DNA of 64,000 nucleotides from an uncultured Acidimicrobiia bacterium (lineage in GTDB: Bacteria > Actinomycetota > Acidimicrobiia > Acidimicrobiales > AC-14): the NCBI GenBank assembly GCA_963836205.1, contig CAWIIV010000014.1, positions 160,001 to 224,000 on the forward strand. The letters run 5' to 3'. A model generated the notes under the pieces. That model did not search any database. It was not told where the DNA came from and worked only from the letters and a program-made list of their open reading frames with translations. Shown here piece by piece: positions 29,074 through 38,252 of this stretch. The translations under genes were made by a program, and so were the position numbers. Each line of letters opens with the position of its first letter. Position 1 is the first letter of the stretch.

Positions 29074-30300
29074 GTGAAGAGGTGGCGGCTGGGACTCCCG
29101 GCGCTGGCGTTGGTCCTGGCCCTGGTGGCGGGCGCGTGTGGCGACGACGCGGACTCGCCTGCGCTCGGCGGTGGCGAGACCAAGACCGTCACCATCGCCC
29201 TCGGCGGCCCGTTCTCGGGATCGTCCAAGCCCACCGGCGACAAGATCCGTGACGGGGCCGAGCTGGCGGCGGAGGAGGTCAACGGCGCCGGGGGCATCGC
29301 CGGCGGGCCCCTCAAGGGCGCCACCATCGTGTTCAAGGAGTTCGACGACGCCGGTGTGCCCGCCAACGGGGCCGGCAACATGCGCACCATCATCGACGAC
29401 GAGGACGTGGTCGCCTTCGTCGGGTCGGGCATCTCCGACGTCTCGGTGGCCATGGCCCCCACCGCCAGCCGGGAAGCGTTCCCGTACCTGTCCGCCTACG
29501 CCTCGTCGCCCAAGATCCTGGAGGCGGCCAAGGACGCCAAGTCGATCTTCGTGGTGCCCCCGACGTTTCCCGCCTACTCCTTCTCCGTCACCGACGAGCT
29601 GCTCAAGGCGGGGCACACCCGGCCCGGCATCATCAACCTCACCGGCACCTACGGCGACGGCGTGGCCGATCTGGTGGTGGAGCGGCTGAAGGAGAAGGGG
29701 ATCGACCCGGTGGCCAAGGAGTCGTTCACCTCGTCCGACACCGACCTCCGGGTGCAGCTGGCCAGGATCAAGGACGCCAACCCCGACTCCCTGGTGATGG
29801 TGGGCCTGGCCAACCTCGACGCTCTCATCGTCACCCAGGCCGACGAGCTCGGGCTGAAGGTACCCATCTTCGACCCGGGCGGCATCACCAACAACGACAC
29901 GTTCCTCACCACAGCGGGGCCGCTGGCCAACGGCGTTGTCGGCAACACCCCCACCCTGGCCAGCCGGGACACGCCCGCCACCACATCCCTGCGCGACCGG
30001 TACCTGGCCCTCACCGGCCAGTCGGTGATCCCCGACCCGGCCGTGTTCTCCTACGAGGGGGTGCGGGCGGTGGCCGCCGCCTTCGCCGCCGGCGCCTCCG
30101 GCCGAGCCGACCTGCCGCAGTACCTGCGAAAGATCTCCATCGCCGACACGGGTGTGGGCGCGCTCGCCTTCGGTCCGGACGGCTCCCGCATCGGCGGACG
30201 GCTGTACGTCTTCAAGATCGTCGGCGGCAAGCCCGAGTTCTTCACCGGCTACGAGCAGACGGGGCCGCGAGCGGTCAAGGAGATCGCGCTCGGAGGTTGA
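29074..30300 (+). CDS. LIV-type ABC substrate-binding lipoprotein
   Basis: Lipobox AGAC, GPFSGSSKPTG...GAELAAEEVNGAGGI and DTDLRVQLARIK. Confidence 0.88.
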   Translation: MKRWRLGLPALALVLALVAGACGDDADSPALGGGETKTVTIALGGPFSGSSKPTGDKIRDGAELAAEEVNGAGGIAGGPLKGATIVFKEFDDAGVPANGAGNMRTIIDDEDVVAFVGSGISDVSVAMAPTASREAFPYLSAYASSPKILEAAKDAKSIFVVPPTFPAYSFSVTDELLKAGHTRPGIINLTGTYGDGVADLVVERLKEKGIDPVAKESFTSSDTDLRVQLARIKDANPDSLVMVGLANLDALIVTQADELGLKVPIFDPGGITNNDTFLTTAGPLANGVVGNTPTLASRDTPATTSLRDRYLALTGQSVIPDPAVFSYEGVRAVAAAFAAGASGRADLPQYLRKISIADTGVGALAFGPDGSRIGGRLYVFKIVGGKPEFFTGYEQTGPRAVKEIALGG

Positions 30301-31250
30301 GCCGGCTGCGGACGCCAGGGGTGAGGATGGGGGCGGCGGTGGCCGCCCTCGTCCTCGTCGCGGGGGTGCCGGTGCTGATCGGCGGCAACCGGGGCTATGG
30401 GTTGGGCACCACCGCCGCCATCGCCGTGATACTGGCCCTCGGCTACCAGGTCACCTACGGCCTCTCCGGGCAGCTGTCGGCGGCCCACGCTCCGCTGATG
30501 GGCATCGGCGCCTACACCATGGCCCAGCTCACCACCGCCCACGGATGGTCGTTCTGGGCCGCGCTGGTGCCGGCGGCCCTGGCCGCGGCCGCGGTAGGGG
30601 CGGTGGTCGGACTGCCCGGCCTGCGGGTGCGGGGCGACGTGCTCGCCCTCGTCACCCTGGGCGCGGGTGAGATCCTCCAGTCCCTGTACCTCAACACCAC
30701 CGCCTTCACCGCCGGGTCCGCCGGCATCTCCGGCATCCCCCTGGTGTCGGTGTTCGGCACCACGCTCGACTCGCGGGGGCTGTACGCGGTGGCCCTGGGG
30801 CTGGCGTTGGCCTCGCTGGTGCTGGTGCGGGGCCTGCGCGACTCGCCCCTCGGCCGATCGTGGACGGCGCTGCGTGACGACGAGGTGGCGGCCGCCGCCC
30901 TGGGAATACGCACCGGGCGCCTGCGCATCCTCGCCTTCGCGGTGGGCGCGGCCTTGGCCGGGGTGGCGGGCGCGGTGTACGCGGTGCAGGACGGGTTCGT
31001 GTCGTCGGTGTCGTTCGGGCTGGCCCAGACCGTCACCGTCATCCTGGTGGTGCTCGTCGCGGGCGAGGGCCGCCTCGGTCGGACGGTGGGCGCCGCCGTC
31101 CTCATGACCGCCCTGGTCGACCGCCTGGCCGGCTACGGGGGACTGTCGGAAGGCGTGACGGGCGCCTTCATCCTGGTGGTCGTGGCCGCCCGCCTGGGCC
31201 TGTTCGGCGGCCTGGCCGTACTCGGCCGCCGGGTCGCCCTGCGGTGGTGA
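30297..31250 (+). CDS. LIV-type ABC permease (LivM-like)
   Basis: GLSGQLSAAH, LRVRGDVLALVTLG and ALRDDEVAAAALGI. Confidence 0.88.
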   Translation: MSRLRTPGVRMGAAVAALVLVAGVPVLIGGNRGYGLGTTAAIAVILALGYQVTYGLSGQLSAAHAPLMGIGAYTMAQLTTAHGWSFWAALVPAALAAAAVGAVVGLPGLRVRGDVLALVTLGAGEILQSLYLNTTAFTAGSAGISGIPLVSVFGTTLDSRGLYAVALGLALASLVLVRGLRDSPLGRSWTALRDDEVAAAALGIRTGRLRILAFAVGAALAGVAGAVYAVQDGFVSSVSFGLAQTVTVILVVLVAGEGRLGRTVGAAVLMTALVDRLAGYGGLSEGVTGAFILVVVAARLGLFGGLAVLGRRVALRW

Positions 31251-32029
31251 CCCGCCGGGCGCGGGAGGACGGCGGCGGCGGGCTTGTCCTGCGGGGCGTG
31301 TCCCGCGACTTCGCCGGTGTCCACGCGGTGGTGGGAGTGTCGCTGGCCGTCGCCCGGGGGGAGGTCGTCGGGCTGGTCGGGCCCAACGGGTCGGGGAAGA
31401 CGACGCTGGTGAACCTGGCCAGCGGGGCGGTGGCGCCCAGCGGGGGGACCGTGGCGGTCGACGGGGTCGACCTCACCGGCGCTTCCAGCCGCCGCTTCGC
31501 CGCCGCCGGGGTCGTGCGCACGTTCCAGTCCCTGCGGCTGTTCGAGGGCCAGCCGGTGCTGGCCAACGTGGTCGTCGGCGCCCAGCGCCGGGTGCGGCCG
31601 TCGCTGGCCGCAGCCTGCCTGCGCCCCCCTTCGTTCCGCCGCCGGGAGCGCGAGTTGCGGGAGCGGGCCCGGGAAGTCTTGGCCGCGGTGGGCCTGGCCG
31701 GGTTCGACGACCGTCCCGTGGAAGGGCTGTCGCTCGGGCAACGGCGACGGGTGGAGCTGGCCCGGGCGGTGGCGGCCGAGCCCTCCTACCTGGTGCTCGA
31801 CGAGCCCGCGGCCGGCATCGACCCGGAACAGGCGGAGGGGCTGGTGGCCCTGGTGCGGTCGCTGGCCGGCGCCGGCTGCGGGGTGCTGGTGGTGGAGCAC
31901 GACCCCGCCCTCGTCGACCGGGTGTGCGACCGGGTGGTGGGCATGGCCGACGGGGCGGTGGTCGCGTCCGGCACCTACGACGAGGTGGCCCGCCACCCCG
32001 CCCTCGCCGCCGCCCTCGGCCCCCGGTGA
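31244..32029 (+). CDS. LIV-type ABC ATPase (LivG-like)
   Basis: GPNGSGKTT, VRTFQ, LSLGQRR, LDEPAAG and VEHD. Confidence 0.9.
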   Translation: MVTRRAREDGGGGLVLRGVSRDFAGVHAVVGVSLAVARGEVVGLVGPNGSGKTTLVNLASGAVAPSGGTVAVDGVDLTGASSRRFAAAGVVRTFQSLRLFEGQPVLANVVVGAQRRVRPSLAAACLRPPSFRRRERELRERAREVLAAVGLAGFDDRPVEGLSLGQRRRVELARAVAAEPSYLVLDEPAAGIDPEQAEGLVALVRSLAGAGCGVLVVEHDPALVDRVCDRVVGMADGAVVASGTYDEVARHPALAAALGPR

Positions 32030-32691
32030 CGCGGCTGTCGGCCCGGGGCCTGGACGCGGGGTGGGGGCCGACGATGGTGGTGCAGGGCGCCGACCTCGAG
32101 GTGGAGGCGGGCGAGGTGGTGGCGGTGCTGGGCGGCAACGGCTCGGGGAAGTCGTCGCTCCTGCTGGCGGTGGCCGGCCTGCTGCGGGCCCGGGCCGGCG
32201 AGGTGGAGCTCGACGGTCGTCCCGTCGGGCGCCTGCCCGCCGAGCGCCGGGCCCGGCTCGGCCTGCGCCTTCTCCCCCAGACCCGGCGGGTGTTCCCGTC
32301 CCTCACCGTGCGGGAGAACCTGGCCGCGGTCGAGCTGGGGGTTTCCGGCCCGGAGCTGGACGGCGTCCGCGCCCGGCGGGAGGCGTGGCTGGAGCGGTTC
32401 CCCGACCTCGGAGCCCGGCTGGACGAGCCCGCGGCCGGCCTGTCCGGCGGCCAGCAGCAGCTCCTGGCCATCGGGCGGGTGCTGTCGGCCGGGCCCCGGG
32501 TCCTGCTGGCCGACGAGCCCTCCGCCGGCCTGTCCCCCGCCCTCGCCGACGCCTGTGGCGAGGCCCTCCTGGCGCTGGCCGCCGGGGGCGCCGCGGTCGT
32601 CCTGGTCGAGCAGAACGTCACCCTCGCCCGTCGCCTCGCGACCCGGGTCCTGCGCATGCACGACGGCCGGCTCGGGGTCGAGGGCGGCTGA
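32026..32691 (+). CDS. LIV-type ABC ATPase (LivF-like)
   Basis: GGNGSGKS, LSGGQQQ, DEPSAGL and VEQN. Confidence 0.9.
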   Translation: MTRLSARGLDAGWGPTMVVQGADLEVEAGEVVAVLGGNGSGKSSLLLAVAGLLRARAGEVELDGRPVGRLPAERRARLGLRLLPQTRRVFPSLTVRENLAAVELGVSGPELDGVRARREAWLERFPDLGARLDEPAAGLSGGQQQLLAIGRVLSAGPRVLLADEPSAGLSPALADACGEALLALAAGGAAVVLVEQNVTLARRLATRVLRMHDGRLGVEGG

Positions 32692-32749
32692 GGGTCGGGG
32701 CCGGGCGTGCTTGCCGCAGGAGCCGACGAGGCCCGAGCCCGGGTTCTCG

Positions 32750-33541
32750 ATGGCTGACGACTGGGAGCCCTACCTGGCCGACTACCACGACGGCCACCCG
32801 GGCATCACCGAGCAGGTCCTGTCCGACGCCCGGGACGACGACGGGCGGTCGCCGTACGACTGGTTGGTGGAAGTGGTTTCGGCCGGCGCGACCACCGTCG
32901 TCGACCTGGGCTGCGGGAGCGGGCCTGTCGCTCGGCTCCTCCCGGCGGCGGCAGTGGTCGGCGTCGACCAGTCGGCCGGGGAGCTGGCCCTCGCCCGGGC
33001 GGTGTCGTCCTCCGGGCTGCTGGTGCGGGCCCGGGCCACCGCGGTCCCGGTCGCCGACGGTGCAGCCGACGCGGTCGTTTCGTCGATGGCGCTCATGCTG
33101 CTGGCCCCTCTGGACGGGGTCCTGGGGGAGGTCCGGCGGGTGCTGCGTCACGGGGGGACCTTTGCCGCAACCGTCCCCATGCGGTCGGCCGGCGCGGGGT
33201 CGGTGTTCGCCGACATCCTCGACGCCCTCGGCCAGGCCACCACCGGCTACCCGTCCGACCTCGACGCCCGCACCGTGGCCGGCCGGTTCGCGTCCGCCGG
33301 CCTCACCCTCCGGTCCGACGAAGCCCGCCGCTTCACCCGGACGATCCACGACCGGGCCGAGGCGGGTGTGGTCGTGCGCTCGTTCTACGCCCCCGGTGCG
33401 GACGGCACCCGGGTGGCGGCGGCGGTCGCGGAGATTGGAGCGACGGGTGCGGTCGACGCCGGTCCGGCTCGGCTACCTCGTCCGCCGGCTGATCGCGACC
33501 GGATGAAGGCGACCGGCCCGATCGGCGCCCGGGTACGGTGA
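32750..33541 (+). CDS. Class I SAM-dependent methyltransferase (possible frameshift near 33433; true stop may be 33506)
   Basis: VDLGCGSG, GVDQS and EVRRVLRHGG motifs. Confidence 0.82.
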   Translation: MADDWEPYLADYHDGHPGITEQVLSDARDDDGRSPYDWLVEVVSAGATTVVDLGCGSGPVARLLPAAAVVGVDQSAGELALARAVSSSGLLVRARATAVPVADGAADAVVSSMALMLLAPLDGVLGEVRRVLRHGGTFAATVPMRSAGAGSVFADILDALGQATTGYPSDLDARTVAGRFASAGLTLRSDEARRFTRTIHDRAEAGVVVRSFYAPGADGTRVAAAVAEIGATGAVDAGPARLPRPPADRDRMKATGPIGARVR

Positions 33542-34803
33542 CGGCCGGGATGGATCGGGAGGGGCCTGGGCCGCGGTCCACCATCGCCATCACCGGCGCG
33601 GGCGCGGTCACCCCCCTGGGCGACGCCGCCGCCACCTGGTCCCGGCTGCTGGCCGGGGACTCGGGGCTGGAGGCGGCGCCCGAGGCGTTGCGGCGGACGG
33701 GCTGCGAGGTGATCGGCCGGGCCGGGTGGTTCCGGGCCGAGGACTTCCTCGACCGCCGGCAGGCCCGGCGCATGGGCCGGTTCAGCCAGTTCTCGGTGGC
33801 CGCCTCGATCATGGCCCTGGCCGACGCCGGCCTTACCGGCTCTTCCGGAGACGGGCTGGGGGTGGTGGTTCACACCGGCGCCGGCGGTCTGATCGAGGCC
33901 GAGGCCGCGGCCGGCCCCGCCGCGACCCGTCCCGACCGGGTCAGCCCCTTCTTCGTGCCCATCTACGGGGCCAACATGGCCGCCTGCCAGCCCTCGATCG
34001 TCCTGGGGGCAACCGGGCCCGTGCTCGGCGGGGTCGGCGCCTGCGCCGCCGGCGTCCAGGCGGTGATCGACGGGATGCGCGTCCTCGAGCGGGGCGACGC
34101 CGAGGTGGTGCTGGCGGGAGGTACCGACGCCGCCCTGTCGCCGCTGCTGCTGGGGTCGCTGGTCAACGCGGGGGCGCTGGCGCCGGCCGGCGACGATCCG
34201 GCCTCGGCGTGCCGGCCCTACGACCTGCGGCGGGAGGGAATGGTGGCGTCCGAGGGGGCGGCGGTGTTCGTGCTGGAGCGGCTGGATCGGGCTCGCGCCC
34301 GGGGGGCGCAGGTGTTGGCGGTGGTGGCGGGCGGCGGGAGCGCGGGCGACGCCCACCACGTGGCCGCACCCCATCCCGACGGGCGGGGGGCGGCGGCGGC
34401 CATGGCGCGGGCACTGGCCGACGCGGGCGTAGCCCCGGATGAGGTCGACGCCCTGGTGGCCCACGCCACCGCCACCGCCCAGGGCGACGTGGCTGAGGTC
34501 CGGGCCCTGCGGGCGGTGTTCGGCCCGGAGCCGGGGCTGGCCGTCACCGCCCCCAAGTCGGCGCTGGGCCACGGGCTGGGGGCGGCGGGGGCGTTCGGGG
34601 TGCTGGTGGCCGCCCTCGCCCTCCGCCACCAGGTCCTGCCGGCCACGAGAGGGCTCGACGCCGACCACGTCGACCCCGACTGCGCCCTCGACCACGTGAT
34701 GGGATGTCCCCGAGCGGGCCTCTTGCGGACGGTGCTGGTGAACGCCTCCGGGTTCGGCGGTCAGAACGCGGCGTTGGTGCTGCGGGCCGCGGGGTCGTCG
34801 TGA
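33538..34803 (+). CDS. Beta-ketoacyl-ACP synthase II-like, KS1
   Basis: ITGAGAVTPLG, ACAAG (Cys), AHAT (His), KSALGH (His) and NASGFGGQN. Confidence 0.88.
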   Translation: MTAGMDREGPGPRSTIAITGAGAVTPLGDAAATWSRLLAGDSGLEAAPEALRRTGCEVIGRAGWFRAEDFLDRRQARRMGRFSQFSVAASIMALADAGLTGSSGDGLGVVVHTGAGGLIEAEAAAGPAATRPDRVSPFFVPIYGANMAACQPSIVLGATGPVLGGVGACAAGVQAVIDGMRVLERGDAEVVLAGGTDAALSPLLLGSLVNAGALAPAGDDPASACRPYDLRREGMVASEGAAVFVLERLDRARARGAQVLAVVAGGGSAGDAHHVAAPHPDGRGAAAAMARALADAGVAPDEVDALVAHATATAQGDVAEVRALRAVFGPEPGLAVTAPKSALGHGLGAAGAFGVLVAALALRHQVLPATRGLDADHVDPDCALDHVMGCPRAGLLRTVLVNASGFGGQNAALVLRAAGSS

Positions 34804-36071
34804 CCGACGGCCGGGCCCGGGTGCGGGTGGTGGTGACGGGGATGGGCTGTGTCTCGCCGGTGGGGAACGACCGGCAGTCGACGTGGGACGCCCTCCGCCA
34901 GGGACGGAGCGGCGTGGCCCGGATCACCGCCTTCGACCCGTCCGACCTCCCGTCGCAGATGGCCGGCGAGGTGAAAGGCTTCGATCCGGTGGCCCTGCTC
35001 GGGCACAAGGAGGCCCGCCGGACGAGCCGGCCGGTGCAGCTGGCGGTGGCCGCGGCCCGGGAGGCGGTGGTCGACAGCGGCATCGACGTGGCGCCCATCG
35101 CCGACGAGACGGCGGTGATCATCGCCACCGGCGTGGGTGGCCTGGGCATGTTCGAGAAGGCGGTCCTGGCCTACGCCGAGGGCGGCTACCGGCGCATCTC
35201 CGCCTTCGCCGCCGCGGGCATGCTCGTGGACATGCCGGCCGGCCTGGTGGCGGCCGACCTCGGTGCCCGCGGTCCCAACTTCGCCGTCGTCAGCGCCTGC
35301 GCCTCCGGGGCCCACGCCATCGGCGAGGCCGCCGAGCAGATCCGCCGGGGCGACGCGGTGGTCGCCCTCGCCGGCGGGACGGAGGCGGCAATCACCCCGG
35401 TAGGGATGGCCATGTACTGCGTGATCGGGGCCCTGTCCCGCCGCAACGACGACCCCGAGGCCGCGTCGAGGCCGTTCGACCGCGACCGCGACGGGTTCGT
35501 GTCGGGGGAGGGCGCGGCCGTGCTGGTGCTGGAGGAGCTGGGCCATGCCCGGGCCCGGGGGGCACGGATCTATGCCGAGCTGGCCGGATACGGGGCCACC
35601 GCCGACGCCGCCCACGTCACCCAACCCGACCCGACCGGCATGCAGGCCGCCCGCTGCGTGCGTCTGGCGTTGGAGCGGGCGGGCCGGGTTGCGGCGGAGG
35701 TCCGGTACGTCAACGCCCACGGCACCGGAACGCCCCTGAACGACGCGGCCGAGACCCGGGCCTTGAAGTTGGCTCTCGGCGACGCGGTGGCGACGGTGCC
35801 GGTGTCGTCGACCAAGTCGATGACCGGCCACCTCGCGGGCGCGGCGGGGGCCCTGGAAGCGATGGTGACGATCCTGGCCGTCCACGACCGGTTCCTCCCG
35901 CCCACCATCAACCTCGACGACCCCGACGCCGAGTGCGACCTCAACCACGTGGCCCTCTTCGGCCGTCCCGCCCCCGACCTCACCCTCGCCCTCTCCACCT
36001 CGTTCGGCTTCGGCGGCCACAACGCCTGCCTCGCCTTCGCCGAGGTGGCTGTTAGCCGCCGAGGTCCATGA
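34800..36071 (+). CDS. fabF: Beta-ketoacyl-ACP synthase II, KS2
   Basis: VVVTGMG, ACASG, SRPFDRDRDGFV, NAHGTGT, KSMTGH and SFGFGGHN. Confidence 0.88.
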   Translation: MTDGRARVRVVVTGMGCVSPVGNDRQSTWDALRQGRSGVARITAFDPSDLPSQMAGEVKGFDPVALLGHKEARRTSRPVQLAVAAAREAVVDSGIDVAPIADETAVIIATGVGGLGMFEKAVLAYAEGGYRRISAFAAAGMLVDMPAGLVAADLGARGPNFAVVSACASGAHAIGEAAEQIRRGDAVVALAGGTEAAITPVGMAMYCVIGALSRRNDDPEAASRPFDRDRDGFVSGEGAAVLVLEELGHARARGARIYAELAGYGATADAAHVTQPDPTGMQAARCVRLALERAGRVAAEVRYVNAHGTGTPLNDAAETRALKLALGDAVATVPVSSTKSMTGHLAGAAGALEAMVTILAVHDRFLPPTINLDDPDAECDLNHVALFGRPAPDLTLALSTSFGFGGHNACLAFAEVAVSRRGP

Positions 36072-36610
36072 GGTCGAAGCGAAGGGGACGGCCGGCGACG
36101 ACCAGGTCGATGCCACCGCTCCCCGTCAGAACCTGCCCGACGGAAAAGTCGTGGGCTTCGAACGTGGGGGGGTCGGCGCCCGGGAGGTCCACGAGCACAT
36201 AGACCCCAGCGCCTCCGAGCCGGTAGTCGTCAAGCTTCCGAGTGCGGTCGACTCCCCTGGTCGATGGCGACGCCACCTCCACCACGAGGAGGGGGGGCGG
36301 GTCGATATGGAGTCCGTCGATGCGCGTCCAGCTCGGGTCGACCACGATGACGATCGGGCACGTTGAGGTACCCGCTCCCGCCAGGGACGATCCACCCGAG
36401 CCCGTTGACGAAGACGCACCCTCGTGGGAGCCCGAGCTGGTGGCTGGCGTCGTAGGCGAGACGTGTCACCGCCCTCTCGTGCTGGTCGCTGGCTGGTGTC
36501 ACGATCAGGCATCCCCACGGGTCGAGCTCCAGGTGGGCGACGCCTAATTCGTCGCGAAGCAAGTCGAGATCGTCGTAGGTGTAACCGCCGTCTTTGACCG
36601 CATACGCCAT
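36052..36610 (-). CDS. Uma2/DUF820 family endonuclease (apparent frameshift near 36352)
   Basis: YTYDDL, then PD, then PLLVVEVASPST...DRTRKLDDY, split over two frames. Confidence 0.8.
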
Positions 36611-36629
36611 CACAGAAGCATATACGTTG

Positions 36630-37325
36630 TCATGAACCGCCGCCTCCGCCGACGATGGCGGCGTGGAGGGCGGCCGCGGCCGCCGGGGGGTCGGCGGCTT
36701 CGGTGACGGCCCGCCCGATCACGAGCATGTCGGCGCCCTCGAGGAAGGCGTCGCGGGGGGAAGCGGCCCGGGCCTGGTCGTGAGGGTCGCCCGTGGGCAG
36801 GCGGATGCCGGGGACGACCGCCAGCAGGCGGGGGGCAAGCTGCTTGGCCTCGTGGACGTCGGACGCGGCCACGATCACGCCCCCGCAGCCGGACTCGACC
36901 GCGGCCGCCACCCGGCCGCCCAGGATGTGGGCGGGGGCGTCGGCGTCGCTGGTGAGGATGGTGACGGCCAGGGCGGTGGGCTCGGGCAGCCCGCCGGCGG
37001 CCGCCCCTTCCCTCAACCCTTCGACGCCCGCCCGCAGCATCACCGCGCCCGCCCGGGCGTGGAGGGTGAGGTAGGTCGCGCCCAGCGCCCCCGCGACCCG
37101 GGCCGACTTGCGCACGGTGGTGGGGATGTCGTGCAGCTTGAGGTCGAGGAACACCTTGAACCCGGCGTCGGCGACCGACGTGACCGCGTCCGGCCCGGCG
37201 GCGGTGAACAGCTCCAGTCCCACCTTGGCCACCCCGAACCACGGTCGCAGCTGGTCGGCCAGCCGGAGGGCGAGGACCAGGTCGTCGACGTCGAGGGCCA
37301 GGATCAGGCGGTCACGGAGCTCCAT
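36630..37325 (-). CDS. pyrF: Orotidine-5'-phosphate decarboxylase
   Basis: KVGLEL, DLKLHDIPTTV, VPGIR and VIGRAV motifs. Confidence 0.96.
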   Translation of the reverse strand: MELRDRLILALDVDDLVLALRLADQLRPWFGVAKVGLELFTAAGPDAVTSVADAGFKVFLDLKLHDIPTTVRKSARVAGALGATYLTLHARAGAVMLRAGVEGLREGAAAGGLPEPTALAVTILTSDADAPAHILGGRVAAAVESGCGGVIVAASDVHEAKQLAPRLLAVVPGIRLPTGDPHDQARAASPRDAFLEGADMLVIGRAVTEAADPPAAAAALHAAIVGGGGGS

Positions 37326-38252
37326 GCGCCTGTCCTACCAGATCGGCGACCCGCGCCACCCGGTGGCGCCGGCACCACGCCTCCAGCCCGGCCAGCACCC
37401 GGGTGCAGGCCCGGGGGTCCTCGAACGTGGCCGTCCCCACCTGCACCGCCGACGCTCCCGCCAGGAGGAGCTCCACCGCGTGCTCGCCGGTGCCCACGCC
37501 CCCCACCCCCACCAGCGGCACGTCCGGCAGGGCCGCGTGCACGTCGAAGATGGCCCGCACCGCCACCGGCCGGATTGCCGCCCCCGACAGTCCCCCACCG
37601 CCGGTACCCAGGCGCGGCCGACGGGTCGCGGGGTCGATGGCCATGCCCTTGACCGTGTTCACCAGGGTGAGGGCGGCCGCGCCCCGTCCCGGGCCGCCAC
37701 CGCGATCTCGACGATGTCGGTGACGTTCGGGCTCAGCTTCGCCCACGCCGGCCGTCCCGCGCCGACTGCGGCCACCACTGCCGCCATCGCCTCCCGGGTG
37801 GCCCCCGGGTCGGACGAGAACATGTGCCGCCCGCCTTCCAAGTTGGGACAGCTCAGGTTGACCTCGACGGCCACGACCGAGGCCGGCGCCGCCGACGCGA
37901 GCGCGGCCGCCGCCTTCTCGTACCCGGCCACCGTCGTCCCCCAGATCGACGCCACCACCCGGGCCCCGGTGGCCACCAGGGCCGGCAGCTCCTCCGCCAA
38001 CCACGCCTCCACCCCCGGGTTCTGCAGCCCGACGCTGTTGAGCATCCCGGCCTCGGTCTCGTGCACCCGGGGCGCGGGGTTGCCCGCCCACGGCTCGGCC
38101 GACAGCGACTTCACCACCACCGCCCCCAACGACGAGAGGTCGAAGTAGGCGGCCAGCTCGGCCCCGTGGCCAGCCGTCCCCGACGCGGCCAGCACGGGAT
38201 TGGGAAGGACGACGTCGCCGACCCGCGTGGCGAGGTCGACGGTCCGGCTCAC
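37312..38252 (-). CDS. pyrD: Dihydroorotate dehydrogenase, family 1 (apparent frameshift near 37683)
   Basis: [24 protein letters not shown] and KLSPNV, then [15 protein letters not shown] and VQVGTA in the next frame. Confidence 0.93.

Noticed and set aside
33538-36071. Aromatic type II PKS (KS-alpha/CLF pair)
   Set aside because: Both KS genes keep the catalytic Cys and resemble FabF; no cyclase or aromatase genes
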